Of a stretch of 64,000 nucleotides of DNA, positions 13,122 to 26,100 are shown in pieces. The notes beneath the pieces were generated by a model. That model was given only the letters and a program-made list of their open reading frames with translations. It was not told the origin of the DNA and did not search any database. Where the stretch lies: the NCBI GenBank assembly GCA_951406725.2, contig OX597831.1, forward strand, positions 20,088,001 to 20,152,000, written 5' to 3'. The translations under genes and the position numbers were made by a program. This DNA is from Octopus vulgaris. Lineage: Eukaryota. Position 1 is the first letter of the stretch, and each line of letters begins with the position of its first letter.

Positions 13122-13122
<1 letters not shown>
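12253..13122 (+). mobile_element. Non-autonomous Helitron
   Basis: Ends in hairpin gacccggcaacgacgggtc followed by CTAG (13119-13122) then T. Has an internal ~145-bp direct repeat (12295-12437 / 12441-12587) and lies in (TA)n. Confidence 0.65.
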
Positions 13123-13206
<84 letters not shown>

Positions 13207-13208
<2 letters not shown>

Positions 13209-13580
13209 TGCAGGAGTGGCTGTGTAGTGAGTAGCTTGCTTAACAAGTACATGGTCCGGGATTCAGTCTCACTGCGTGGTAACTTGGGCAAGTGTCTTCT
13301 CCTATAGCCTCGGGCCAGCCATAGCCATGTGAGACGGAAACTGAAAGAATCCTGTCGTATATCTATGTTTGAGTGTATGTTTGTGTGTGTGTGTGTCTTC
13401 CCATCATCGCTTTACAGCCAATGCTGGTTTGTTTGCGTCCCCATAACCTAGCGGCTCGGCAAAAGAGACTGATAGTATAAGTAGTAGACTTACAAAGAAT
13501 AAGTCCTGGGTTGATTTGCTCGACTAAAGGCGGTGCTCCAGTATGGTCACAATCAAATGACTGAAGCAAATAAAAGAATA
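13207..13580 (+). mobile_element. SINE family A
   Basis: Matches the family consensus. Confidence 0.8.
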
Positions 13581-13608
13581 TAAGAATGAATATATATATA
13601 TATATATA

Positions 13609-13641
<33 letters not shown>

Positions 13642-14010
13642 TATACATACATATATATATATATATAAAATGTGTGCGGGGGTGCCTGTACGCATATATA
13701 CGTAAACACATACGCATACTTATGTTTGTACATGCGGGTGGTTATGTAGATGTGCGCATGCTCGAGTATATATGAATGCGCATGATTGTACGTTCTGTCG
13801 CATCTGCGTTTGTTGTCTGTGATATTAATCGGTGCTGAAGAACGTTAAGGTTTGTATTTAGAGAAGAAACCAGGAATGCGAACATCTTTCTCATCTGTTT
13901 GTTTTCGACGAAAAGCGGAGAAGTTTGAGTGACTGTATGTGTGCGTACGTATATGTAAGCATGTGTACATGAATATATGTGTGAGTGTGTGTTTGTGTGT
14001 GTGTGTGTGT

Positions 14011-14049
<39 letters not shown>

Positions 14050-14764
14050 TGTGTTTGCGTGTGAAAATGTATGAGTGTGTATATATGATTGTCTACCTGT
14101 CTGCGGGTGTTTGTGCGTATGTGTTTGCATGTGTGTTTGTCTGTCTGTCTCTGTATGTGCGTGTGCGCGTATGTGTCTATCTAAGTGTTTGTTTGTATGT
14201 GTGTGTGTGCGTAATAATGTGCACGCGCGTGTGTGTGCGTATGAGAGAGAAAGACAGAGACTGTACGAGGAAAGTGTGGTGGTGGGGATAAAGAAGATAA
14301 CTCACGGAAGTAGTGAGAACTGCAACTACCCCCCCCCTCAATGCCGCCACCAAAGACGCTTCTCTCCCTACGCAGTGGCTTCTTTGCAACCAGGCTAAAA
14401 ACAGCAGCCAAATTTCCCCTTACACTTTAGCATTTAAACAGACCATATCCGGTCAAAATATTCTATTTGTTGTGCATTCAAACTGGCCAGATCCAGTATA
14501 TCACACCTAACCTACAATGTCATTCTAAAAATTTACGGTACTTTTTGGTTATCTCAACCTCTTTAAAAAATTGCCATTAAAAAATTAGGTTATCTCCTCA
14601 CAAAAAAAAATTAGTTTATGTGGCGAGAAGAGATTAGATGAAAAGGGTTAGGTCCTTTTGATTCAATGCTTCAATGCGTGGTTGACATTTGGCGTCCTCA
14701 ACAGGAATGATTTGTTATAAAAATGTTATCAGATTCAGTTGGATTCTTTCAGCTGTCATCTTTG

Positions 14765-14988
14765 CTCTTTTACTCTTTTACTTGTTTCAGTCATTTGACT
14801 GCGGCCATGCTGGAGCACCGCCTTTAGTCGGGCAAATCGACCCCAGGACTTATTCTTTGTAAGCCTAGTACTTATTCTATCGGTCACTTTTGCCGAACCG
14901 CTAAGTTACGGGGACGCAAACACACCAGCATCGGTTGTCGAGCGATGTTGGGGGGACAAACACAGACACACAAACATATATACACGCA

Positions 14989-15047
<59 letters not shown>

Positions 15048-15238
15048 ATATATATATATATATAAACATATATACGACAGGCTTCTTTCAGTTTCCGTCT
15101 ACCAAATCCACTCACTAGGCTTTGGTCGGCTCGAGGCTATAATAGAAGATAGTTCACTAAGGTGTCACGCAGTGGGACTGAACGTAGAACCATGTGTTTG
15201 GTAAGCAAGCTACTTACCACACAGCCACTCCTGCACCT
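14765..15238 (-). mobile_element. SINE family A, full length
   Basis: Head aggtgcaggagtggctgtgtgg through tail gactgaaacaagtaaaagagtaaaagag on the minus strand. Confidence 0.85.
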
Positions 15239-15240
15239 AT

Positions 15241-15348
15241 AAAATATATGGTACGCTTCACGAATTTGCGTGTCATCCTCGTGCAGGGGCCATGCTAATC
15301 TACTCTGTATCGTTCCAATTTTAGAACATGTACCACCGTAGCTAGTAA
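15241..15348 (-). pseudogene. U6: U6 snRNA copy, full length, probably a pseudogene
   Basis: Minus strand reads ctaaaattggaacgatacagagtagattagcatggcccctgcacgaggatgacacgcaaattcgtgaagcgtaccatatatttt, which is U6. The ACAGAGA box is mutated to ACAGAGT and the 5' stem-loop is diverged. Confidence 0.92.
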
Positions 15349-15567
15349 TTTATTAATGTTTATTAATTTTTTCATTTTTTTTTTTGTTTTATATGTTTTA
15401 TTAAAGATTAAACATTTTTTTAGTTGGAGGAGATGACCAAACGAACCGATATTTTTTCATTAAACGGGGAAGATTTTTTTAATGAGGGTGAGATTACAAC
15501 AAGTACCAAATTAACAACCATGTCATCGAAATCTCCAAGCTACGAGATAAGACAGTACTTTATTTAA

Positions 15568-15728
15568 GAGATGAGGAAATATGTATATTATTTACATTTG
15601 ATGGATATTTATTCCCTTGAGAACCCAGGTTCGAAATTTCCCCAAGACACCTGATTCAGGCTGAAAAGTATATCAGCCGAACAACAAACAAGATGAGGAG
15701 AAATATCCGTCGAATGTAAATAATGTAC
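15568..15728. mobile_element. Rearranged fragment of a Penelope-like repeat (same family as 53107-53490)
   Basis: Shares gagatgagga...atttacatttga.gga and a degenerate cacctgat...ggctg...cagccgaa motif. Internally inverted. Confidence 0.45.
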
Positions 15729-15748
15729 TATGAGATAATGCATGATTA

Positions 15749-15807
<59 letters not shown>

Positions 15808-15812
15808 TAGAC

Positions 15813-15888
<76 letters not shown>

Positions 15889-17195
15889 TGGTAGGCCGAA
15901 AGACAGACAAACAGATAGATAAATATATAAAAATACATTTATATGTGCGTGTGTGTGTGTGTACAAGTGAGCGGACAAACGAAAGAAAAAAGGTGTTCAA
16001 CGCATTTAGTGAGAGCTACGCATATATTCTTTTCTACTCGAGGCACAAGGCCCGAAATTATGGGGGAAATTTTTAGATCGCCCCTCAGTATGCAGCTGGT
16101 TATTAATTTATCGATTTATGGATGTGCACGTGACTCTCATTTAAAGCATAAACAGAGATCCTTCCTATTCCATATTCCATATTGAAAAGAATACCAATGA
16201 CTCTCCCCCGCTGGGAATCGATTATTTCTGACATATCTTCTATGTTCAAATCCCACCAAAGCAACTTTTGCCTTTCATCCCTCCGGGGTGGATAAAGTAC
16301 AACATCAGTCAAGTATTGGGATCGACGACATCGATTAAGCGCTCCCCAAAACAATTTTTCGTCTAAATTGGAAAATTTGTCTTGACAAATTCTAAACATG
16401 CAAGAGGAAAAAGATAGATATCAAGAATAATCCTCAGAATTTATGGATTGAATTATTCTGGAACTAAGATAATTACGGAGCCATTTCTTCTTCTGGAGTT
16501 ACAATTTTTTAAATGATTTTATATTTTAATTTTTGTGTAATCTTCATTTTATTTCAAAAAGAATATGGAACCAAAGTTAAAGTCTAAGGGAAATAACTCT
16601 GAATAGACTATTAGATTTATTTCCCTTGAACTTGCAAAGCCTGTAAGCCTCGTTGCTAGCAGAGTGGTTAGCCTCGCAAGCAGAATGACTTGCAGTACAT
16701 CCACATACCAAACTTCTATAGTAAGTGGGGATGAATAGTAGTTTGCGGTATTACTACTGCTTCTGTTGCTGATATACAACGTTGGTTGATGAAGGGAGAT
16801 AACTATTTTCAAATCAAAAGTAGAAGTTGGTTCCCTTCGCCAAGAAATGCATTTCATAGCAATTCTGAGACAACTTTTTTTGAACGACTATTTCTTTTTT
16901 GTGTGTGTTGGTCTTTTCGCGGATGGAACAAGGAATGCCTTAAAAGCCCTCTAAAGTGCCAGGACAATCGACTTCCTAGAAACAGTAACTAAATTCTCTT
17001 CAAATTACATTTTTCTATTTAAAATGAAAATGGCAAAAGAAGGCGATAAATGTTGTAATGATGCGGATGTTATATTTGAAAACTGACGGAATGGTCATGG
17101 CTGGAATGATTATACTCATAGATCTTTTTAATTAAGGCTGACACAATAGCTACACAAAGATAACAAATTACAAAGGTAACAAATTACAACAGATC

Positions 17196-17197
<2 letters not shown>

Positions 17198-17243
<46 letters not shown>

Positions 17244-17506
17244 CGTGCGTGCACGCGTGTGTGTGTGTGTGTGCGTGCGTGTATGTGTGCGCGCGTGTGT
17301 GCGTGTGTGTGTGTGTGTGCGTGTGTGTGCGTGTGTGTGTGCACGCGTGTGTGCGTGTGTGTGTGTGCACGCGTGTGTGCGTGTGTGTGTGTGTGTGTGC
17401 GTGTGTGTGCGTGTGTGTGTGCACGCGTGTGTGCGTGTGTGTGTGTGCACGCGTGTGTGTGTGCACGCGTGTGTGCGTGTGTGTGTGTGTGTGTGCGTGT
17501 GCGTGC
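17198..17506. repeat. Compound (TG)n/(TGCG/GCAC) microsatellite
   Basis: Direct reading of the sequence. Confidence 0.9.
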
Positions 17507-17514
17507 TTGTATAA

Positions 17515-17780
17515 AGGAGCGTGGCTCAGTGGTTAGTGTATTCGTCTCTCAGTCGTAATATCTTCAGTTCGATACCCGTCGGCGCGCCGAGTCCTTGAGC
17601 AACACACTTTATCCAAGTCCGTTCAGCTGGCAAAAGCGAATTGCCCCTGTAATTCAAAAAGGCCAATCTTGTCACATGCTGTACCAGGCTGAGTCATCCT
17701 ACAATCAGGTTAAGAGTTACAAGTGTCTATGGAATACTCAACCACTTGAACGTTAATTTCACGGGTAACCGACGGAGTAC
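17515..17780 (+). mobile_element. SINE family B (tRNA head, CORE-like domain), diverged
   Basis: A box tggctcagtgg, B box gttcgatacc, then ccttgagcaa.acacttt. Homologous to 60206-60519. Confidence 0.7.
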
Positions 17781-17899
17781 CAGTTCATGATTATTAACTG
17801 TTATTGTTATTTAAACCCAGGTCATGTGTTAACGAACGGACACACTATTGAAGATATTTCAACAATGACATCACCGTTTTTCGTTAATATTTGTTGGTT

Positions 17900-18390
17900 T
17901 TTATTCTGTGCAGCCCATACCTTCAGCTTGGTAATAAGCGTGAATGCCGACAAGGCTTTTGACAGCGCTTCGTTCAAGTCGGCTTACAGGAAGACCATGT
18001 CCAAGACACAGCGGTTGTGGAATCTGCAGAGCTGCCGCACGGTGGTAGCAGACAGCATTCTGGACGCGTTGAAGAGGAGACTGGTGGTCCCAAACAGTAT
18101 CAGATGGAACTCAACTTATGACTCTGTTGCTGTCCTCAACAACTCGCTGGAAGAGAATAGGGGAGTTGTCCACAGGGTGATGACATCGCTGAAGCTGCAG
18201 ACCTTCAATGATTCTGATATCGGCTTCCTGACGGTATACGCCCAGGCGATTTCTAATGTTACCAAGGCCTTGAATAAAATCCAGTGGGAGGACCAATCTC
18301 ATCTGGAGTACCTCTGCCGACTGCAGCGGCTACCATCATGAAGTTGAAGGAGGCCAAGTTCAAACATCTCCTGTACTGCAGTCCTCTTTG
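17900..18390 (+). mobile_element. hAT transposase fragment
   Basis: ORF 17787-18341 contains CAAHTFSL (CxxH motif) and LVVPNSIRWNSTYD (TRWNS motif). Truncated and frameshifted. Confidence 0.75.
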
Positions 18391-18564
18391 GCCGTTACGG
18401 GGACGTAAACACACCGATAGCACCTCAAGACGTACAAAGGCCTCGGACCTATATTAGTCTATATATGGAGGTATATAGTCTAATATAATGAATGAACTCA
18501 TATATAATGTATTATCATGTAACGGATGTCTCTTCAGCGGATAAACTAGCAAGCCCGTTTGCTA

Positions 18565-18767
18565 TATTCTTTTTTACTCTGCACAAGGCTCGAAATTTTG
18601 TGGGAGGGGACCAGTCGATTAGATCGACCCCAGTGCACAACTAGTACTTAATTTATAGACCCCGAATGGATGAAAGGCAGGGTTGACCTCGGCGAAATTT
18701 GAACTCAGACGAAATATCGCTAAACATTTCGCCCGGCGCGCTAACATTTCTGCCAGCACGCCGCCTT
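18565..18767 (-). mobile_element. SINE family C (Nin-domain-like)
   Basis: Matches the family consensus. Confidence 0.75.
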
Positions 18768-19302
18768 AGCTCGCTTGCTATATTGTACCGGAGAAACATT
18801 AATAAAATTGATTTGCCTCTGGCTAATCTGAAAATAGTAAATAAACTGACACCAAGAAAAATTTCAGCGCATATGAATGTAGTTTGTCAAATGTGACTAT
18901 TGGCCTATCGGCAGAGTGTAGTTTTGCCGTTTAGAAAGTAAATAAACATCCTTGTGCTGTAGTAAGTATTGTGTGGTCTATTATATTTGGTACATCTGAA
19001 ACGGTTTAATGCTTAGAAATAAATGAATAACTTATGATGGATGATGTTACAGAAGTAATGTAACCCAGAACAGAATGGACTGGAGCAAGGTGAAACGGAG
19101 TGGTGTGTTCAATAGCACGACTTGCCAGCTGGTCAAAAATCGAACCTACGATTTAACGATACTGATCCCAGCAGCCCCAAACCACCAGGCCACGTACCTT
19201 CAAAAACGTGAAGTTTTTCTAATAAAAAATGAAGCTACAAATCAAAAACAGAAACTAAAGCGTTATAACGTCTATACATAGTTGTTTAGTTAATCTTATG
19301 TA

Positions 19303-19352
<50 letters not shown>

Positions 19353-20049
19353 TGAAACGCGAAAACTCGGCGAAGAAGGCAAAGAAAAGGGAAGGCGGAA
19401 GTCCCTTGCTATGTTTGTTCTGCGCCGAGTTACGGACAAACACTTGTCACTCTGTCTCTCAGACATCGCGTGAATCAACAATTGGTCCTTTGAACTCTGT
19501 AACTTACGGTGCTCCTTTACATCAATTGCGATTTAAATAAAATTTAACATAAATCTGCCATGTGTTCGCTAGCCATGAAAAGGTATTTTTTAAGATTACA
19601 TTCTATACATCAAGTGCTGCAGAAGGAAAATCTTTTACAGAAGGCCTTAATAACAAGAAAGCCTTAATAAACCGAAAAAAACTAAATAGGCAAGGCTCAT
19701 TTTATTATGTTATACTCGCCTGCGAGCAATAACATTGTTATCAAGTTGTGAAGAAACAACTATGGAACGGTGAGAATTTTTCTCCACGTCAAACATTGTG
19801 GTAAAAGCAACTACTAATGTAAAGAAAAAAATTCTTCATCATAGCTTCATTTTCATCATAATCAACCATAAGCGCTCTTTGCAACTACAGGGTTTCCTGC
19901 TGCTCAATTCTACTGTGCATCACCCAGTCGACCAATGTCTTGGGAGTGAATCTGGTGGACAGAAACTTACACACACACACGCGCGCGCGCGCACATGAAT
20001 GTGTTTACAAAAACACACCCACATATTGTTTGGACCTCTTTATTGAGTT

Positions 20050-20135
20050 AAGCATCACTTGTTACTGTAGAACCCAAATATGTGAAAGCATCAATTGTTT
20101 TTAGAGCTTTGTTTTCAACAAACATACTGAGCAAC
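20050..20135 (-). mobile_element. Tiny RTE-like reverse transcriptase fragment
   Basis: ENKALKTIDAFTYLGSTVTSD resembles the F.YLGS motif at the end of the RT domain. Confidence 0.45.
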
Positions 20136-20339
20136 AGTTCTGAAACATATATGCATACATACATACATACATCATACATACATACATACATACATACATA
20201 CATACATACATACATACATACATACATACATACATACATGCTTAATACATACATACATATTTTCATGCACGCATGTATATATGCATACATATATGCATGC
20301 ATACATACATGACATGACATCACATCTCATCACACATCA

Positions 20340-21010
20340 AAGACTTTGCATTTGCAATCCAAGAACAGGAGATTACTACTAAATACCTAATCAACAAAAG
20401 AGACACTGAAGCCGTTGGACCTCCATGATGCAAGCGAGAAATAGGGATTATGTCATATTTCTGTGGAAGACATCACACATGTGATTAGCAGCTGCCCAAA
20501 AATGTCATCAAGGTACTACCTCCCTTTGCGACATGATACTATCGCAAAAACAATATAGAATGCCATTTGGAAAAAAGTCTGTCCTGGAATAAATATGGAG
20601 AATCACCCTGTTATTGAATACGAACATAAACATGAACACAATGAAGACTTATGGAACACTCCCATCAGAACATAACAGGCCGGATATAGTGGTTTGAGAG
20701 AGACAAGGAAACGTATGTTCCGTCATAGAGGTCAGCTGTCCTGTTGATGTGAATATTTCTTGAAAATGAGAGACAAAGAAGATAATTATGGAGAACTGCT
20801 TCGAAACCTCCAGTTTCTACATCCAGATTATAAATTCACATCTCTACCAATAATTGGTAAAATTTGGGCTTTTTTTAGTAAATGCCCAAATGACATTCCA
20901 GATAAGGCAGAGTTTTCGAAAAAGAAAAGTCTACCAACTAACTTGCACGTTACAAATACAATCTGTAAGCGGAACAGTGAAAGTATGCAAGACTTTTCTC
21001 AAGTTTAAAA
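20340..21010 (+). mobile_element. Decayed C-terminal fragment of a second REL-endonuclease (R4/Dong-related) non-LTR element
   Basis: Reads FAIQEQEITTKYL..., EDITHVISSCPKMSSRYYLPLRHD, HNRPDIVV, IEVSCP.D.N and KEDNYG across stops and frameshifts. Confidence 0.7.
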
Positions 21011-21152
21011 TGTGACTTTGTTTTTGTTATTTAAATTCCAATCGTGAAGCTTTTTTCTTTGTTAGAAACCAGTTCCATCTTCAGAGGAAGAATTTTATTA
21101 ATTAGAAACAGAAAACACCATACATAAACATATGTATGGCGTGTGTGCATAC

Positions 21153-21204
<52 letters not shown>

Positions 21205-21738
21205 GAAGAGAAAGATTTGTTAGTCTGGTTCATTGATCAAGGGTAATGGTCGCATCGTAAATCGGTTACTGATAAGATTGAAGACTAGCATGACATCGCC
21301 TCATCCATCATGTAAAGCTTCTGATGGATGGAACCACTGTTCTAAGATTAGGAATGGTCTTAGCCTACGACAGAAATCTAGGTTGTCTCAGAAACTACCA
21401 TGTGATTTAGAAGATAAGATAACTTCGTTTTCACACTTTTATTCTGAGGCAAAAGAAAATGCAGCATGATTTTCAACTTGGACAGATTGATAATACGAAT
21501 GAAACTCATATTTTTATAGACTCCTCTAGAAACCTACAGTCGACATCAAAGGGAAAAAAGATTATCTGTGTGGGGAACGTAGGATACGAAAGGATATGTG
21601 TGTGTGTATAAATATATGTGTGTGTGTGGTGTATGTGTATATAAATATATATATGTTGTGTGTGAGTATGTGTATATATATATATATATGTATGTACGTA
21701 TGTATGTATTTATGTATGTATGTATGTATGTGAGTATG

Positions 21739-21777
<39 letters not shown>

Positions 21778-21779
21778 GC

Positions 21780-21814
<35 letters not shown>

Positions 21815-21905
21815 TACATATATATATATTTATATATATATTTATATATATATATGTATATATATGTATCTATGTGTGTGGTGTGTATATATATATACAT
21901 ATACA

Positions 21906-23450
21906 TGGTAAGCTCCCAGTCAAACTGAAAGAGGGGGTAATATGCCCTATCCATAAGGGAGGTAGCAGAGCAGATGCTAAAAATTATAGGCCTATCTCTC
22001 TGACCTCACACATCAGCAAAGTCATGGAACGAATAGTCTGTAAGAAACTAATCATGTTCCTTGAAGAAAATGACTTACTGTCTGACACCCAGCATGGATT
22101 TCGACCAGGTAGAGGCTGCCTAACACAGCTCCTGCAACACTATGACTGGGTGTTGAAACAGCTACTAAATGGCTCAAATGTGGATGTAATATATCTTGAC
22201 TTTGCAAAAGCCTTTGATAAAGTCGACCATGGTATGATCTGTCACAAACTGCGTGGTCTCGGCATAGGCGGGAAACTTGGAGAGTGGCTGCACAACTTCC
22301 TAAAAGACAGAAAACAGGCAATTGTGAGCAATGGAGCCACCTCCAGGGAAACGCAAATAACAAGCGGTGTCCCACAGGGCACTGTCTTGGGGCCACTGAT
22401 GTTCATAGTGGCCCTTTCAGACATGCCTTCAGTTGCTACGATGACCACCCTTGCTAGCTATGCAGATGACACAAAAGTCTCCCACGCAATACAAAACCCT
22501 GAAAATATTGCGCATCTGCAACATGAGCTGGATACAATATACAGGTGGGCTGAGGACAACAACATGCAGTTTAATGCAGGTAAGTTCCAGGCCCTGCGCT
22601 ACTGGCACACAAAGGTAAATGACGTGAAGACTGGATACGCTGGCCCAGGAAGAATTGCAATCCCTGAGTCAAAATCAGTGCGTGACCTGGGCATTGACAT
22701 GAGCAATGATGCATCTTTCCAAATGCATATTGCTAATCTGGTGATAAAATGCAGACGGCTAGCTGGATGGATTCTCCGAACTTTCAGAACAAGAGAGAAG
22801 GAGACACTGATGGTCCTATGGAAAACATTTGTCCTCAGCCGCTTGGACTACTGCTCCCAACTTTGGTCACCACACAATATAAAACAAACAGCAGAACTCG
22901 AAGCAACTCAGAGAAGCTACACAAAGAAAATCGTCTCAATGCAAAATGTCAGCTACTGGGAAAGACTGAAGGTATTAAACCTCTTCTCCCTGGAGCGGAG
23001 GCGGGAGAGATATGCAGTGATATACATCTGGAAAATCCTGGAGGGTCTTGTCCCAAACTTTGGCATTCAAAGTTACTCCAACCGCAGAACGGGGCGCCGC
23101 TGCGTGGTGCCAAGGATTCCAACATCACCATCAAAATACAGGTCCAGATACTGCAACAGCTTGGGTTTCAGAGGACCACAGCTCTTTAACATCCTCCCTA
23201 AATGCCTGAGAGACTTACATGGTGTGGATGTGGGTTTCTTTAAAACTAAACTGGATCTCTTCTTGTTGGGAGTCCCAGATGAACCTACCTCACGGCAGGA
23301 GACACGGATGCGGGCAGCAGCATCGAACTCCCTTGTTGATCAAGTGCCACGTATCAGAGGTGGATTCACAAACTTGTGTAGCTCATTCAGCGGTGGTGCC
23401 CCAGCATGGCCGCGGCCTTCGGGCTAAAACATTTTTAAGGATTTAAGGAT
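21906..23450 (+). mobile_element. CR1-group LINE, 5'-truncated, with an uninterrupted RT reading frame
   Basis: [58 protein letters not shown] and LERRRER, with the stop at 23427. Ends in a short (ATTTAAGG) tandem tail and is flanked by (TA)-rich microsatellite. Confidence 0.92.
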
Positions 23451-23596
23451 TTATATATACATATACGTACATATACATACATACGTACATAGGTACAAAG
23501 AGACAGACAGACAGACATTTTGATAGATAGATTGACAGACAGATAGATAAATTGTTAGATTTTATATCGTCTATCATATCATGTGATATATATATA

Positions 23597-24108
23597 CCGT
23601 AAATCCTCGAGTATAATCCGCATTTTTTTCCCAAACTTTAAAGGTCACAATCCCTAGTGCGTACTATATAAGAGGTTAAAAATGAAAATTATTTTCTAAG
23701 CAATGTCCAAGTCTCTGTTTGCTGTCCGGCAATGTTTATTCAGACACATTTTGTGATGTGAGGCGCGAAAATACCTTAAGCTAAGCCTGATAGCAATGAA
23801 GTCATAAAAGAATCATCCATAACTTTCAATAAGCAACATTTATTAAACGTTATTACTGTTATTTCTTTATTTTCTGCATACAAAATGCGCAAAAAAGCTA
23901 CACGTCTGCATTATGTTATATATACAATAATAATAAAGGACGTTACCGTATACAGTTTTACAAACCAAGGACATTATATAGACTTCCTTGTCTCAAGTTA
24001 GAGAAGGGGTGCGTATTATACACAAGGTTTAGGATTTTCAGAGGTACAGCCCCCTAAAAATCGCCTGGGTATTATACTCAAGGGCGGACTATACTCGAGG
24101 ATTTACGG
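23597..24108. mobile_element. Tc1/mariner-pogo (Tigger-like) MITE
   Basis: 25-bp TIRs CCGTAAATCCTCGAGTATAATCCGC and its inverse with 1 mismatch. TA on both flanks. Confidence 0.85.
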
Positions 24109-24575
24109 TACATATGATTATGATAGTCTCACGTAAATGGGTAAATAAACTCAGATCAGAGCCAAGAATGTGTTGTAACTCTGTACCAAATATATGGACT
24201 GCATATTATGTCAATGCATCTATAAATTCCAGTTAGTTTATTTTTTTTAAATTGCACATGTTTGACAGCACGGATATACCAATATAAAGAAGTAAGTAGG
24301 TAGGTAGGTAGATAGGTATGGGAGAGGTTCTGGAGGCCTTTGGTGAGTCGATTTCCTGACACAGTTTTAATTATGTTTTAACACACTTTTATTTCCTTTC
24401 CTTTATTTTTATTTTCTAGGAGTGGCGAGGCAAGAGTTCTCAGTGGCCGTAGAAAAGACAGATTCGGAGTATTTCACTTTAATTCACAAACGAAATCTTC
24501 AGCTCTCTTCACACTGCACCTACGGCAGATATCACCTCTCTATAGTTACTAAGCCCAATTTGTTTTTAGCATACG

Positions 24576-24732
24576 TAGGAGTGGCTGCGGTAAGTAGCTT
24601 GATTACCAGCCACATGGCTCCGGGTTCAGTCCCACTGCGTGGTACCTTGGGCAAGTGTCTTTTACTAAAGCCTCGGGCCGACAAAAGCCTTGTGAATGGA
24701 TTTGGTAGACGGAGACTGAAAGAAGCCCGTCG

Positions 24733-24790
<58 letters not shown>

Positions 24791-24985
24791 TGTATGTGTG
24801 TGTGTGTGTGTGTCCGTGTGTGTGTGTATATATATATGTTTGTGTGTCTCGTTTGTCCCACCAGCATCGCTTGGCAACCGATGCTGGTGTGTTTGCGTCC
24901 CCGTAACTTAGCGGTTCGGCAAAAGAGAACGATAGAATAAGTACTAGGCTTACAAAGAATAAGTCCTGGGGTCGATTTGCTCGAC
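24576..24985 (+). mobile_element. SINE family A, tail truncated
   Basis: Matches the family consensus. Confidence 0.8.
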
Positions 24986-25869
24986 AGTTACCATGAGTTG
25001 TTAGTCCGACGTTGTAACGATTTTACCATTCGACTGCCTTATTGCACTTACATCTTAAAGCTACAACACAGTTATTTCTACATAATAGCGTATCTATTCA
25101 TTCTTAGAACGTTCTGGCAGATTCGTACATGAATATCATATATCATGAATATCTTAATAGCTGTTGTTTTTCGTCATCGGAGAACATCACCGCCCTTTAG
25201 ATGTATGTTCATAACACACGTGATTTACCAGTATAAGTAGACTTTGAGATACAGCACTCTTTCGACCTCGTTGTGTTTCTCCTCTGTCAAAGCAACAACA
25301 AGTGTACAGGGTCTCGTTTATAGGTATCAGCAAACAAATTATTTACTGATGTGTACTGATATCTGCCAAGCAGGGATACACGCAAAACAGCGAGAATCCA
25401 AACAATAGCGTATTTGTCCATTTTTACTACGTTTTGACAAATTCAGATGTGAATATCTGATCACTGTTGTGTTTCGTCATCAGAGAATACCTCCTCCCTT
25501 TAGATGATGTGGTTTCGTAATACACACGATTCACTGTAAATAAGGGGACTTTATGACATCGCGATGTTTCGGCCTTATTGCGGGTCTCCTCAATCGAAGC
25601 TACGTTGCTAGCCCTCTACACCACCGGACCGATGAATCTAGCAAAATCAAATTATTTGCCTAAGTATATTGATGTTTTCCAAATGCATAATCCATGGTGT
25701 ACAAGGAGAACAGCATTCTTCGTTCGTAATACATTCTGGCCGGTTCGAACGTCAATATCTGATCAGCGTTGTTTTTCATCAGTGGAAAACACCTCCTCCT
25801 TTTAGATAATGTCTCAATGTTCCATTACACCAGTGAATCGCATGAGTTAAGAAAACACATCGTCTAGAG

Positions 25870-26100
25870 AAGTGGTTCTCAACCGTTGTAAATATGGCCC
25901 GTGCGGGGGTCCATATAAGATTTTATATTGGTTGTTTTTCTACAATGTGCAAAATATTTTATTTTTTATACAATTCTTAATAACATTTGATTGTAGAAAT
26001 ACAGTAATTTTTTATATATACAATGAATAGCTATGGAGGTCCTATAGAGTAAAATAAGAAACAACACGGTCCATAAGCAGAAAATGGTTGAGAATCACTG
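25870..26100. mobile_element. hAT (Charlie-like) MITE
   Basis: TIRs aagtggttctcaacc / ggttgagaatcactg. The 8-bp flanks gtctagag / gactagac fit an NTCTAGAN-type target. Confidence 0.7.

Noticed and set aside
21598-21905. N-terminal ~100 aa of the 609-aa ORF, read as a fusion protein
   Set aside because: It is a (TA/TG) microsatellite that happens to be in frame with the truncated LINE RT.
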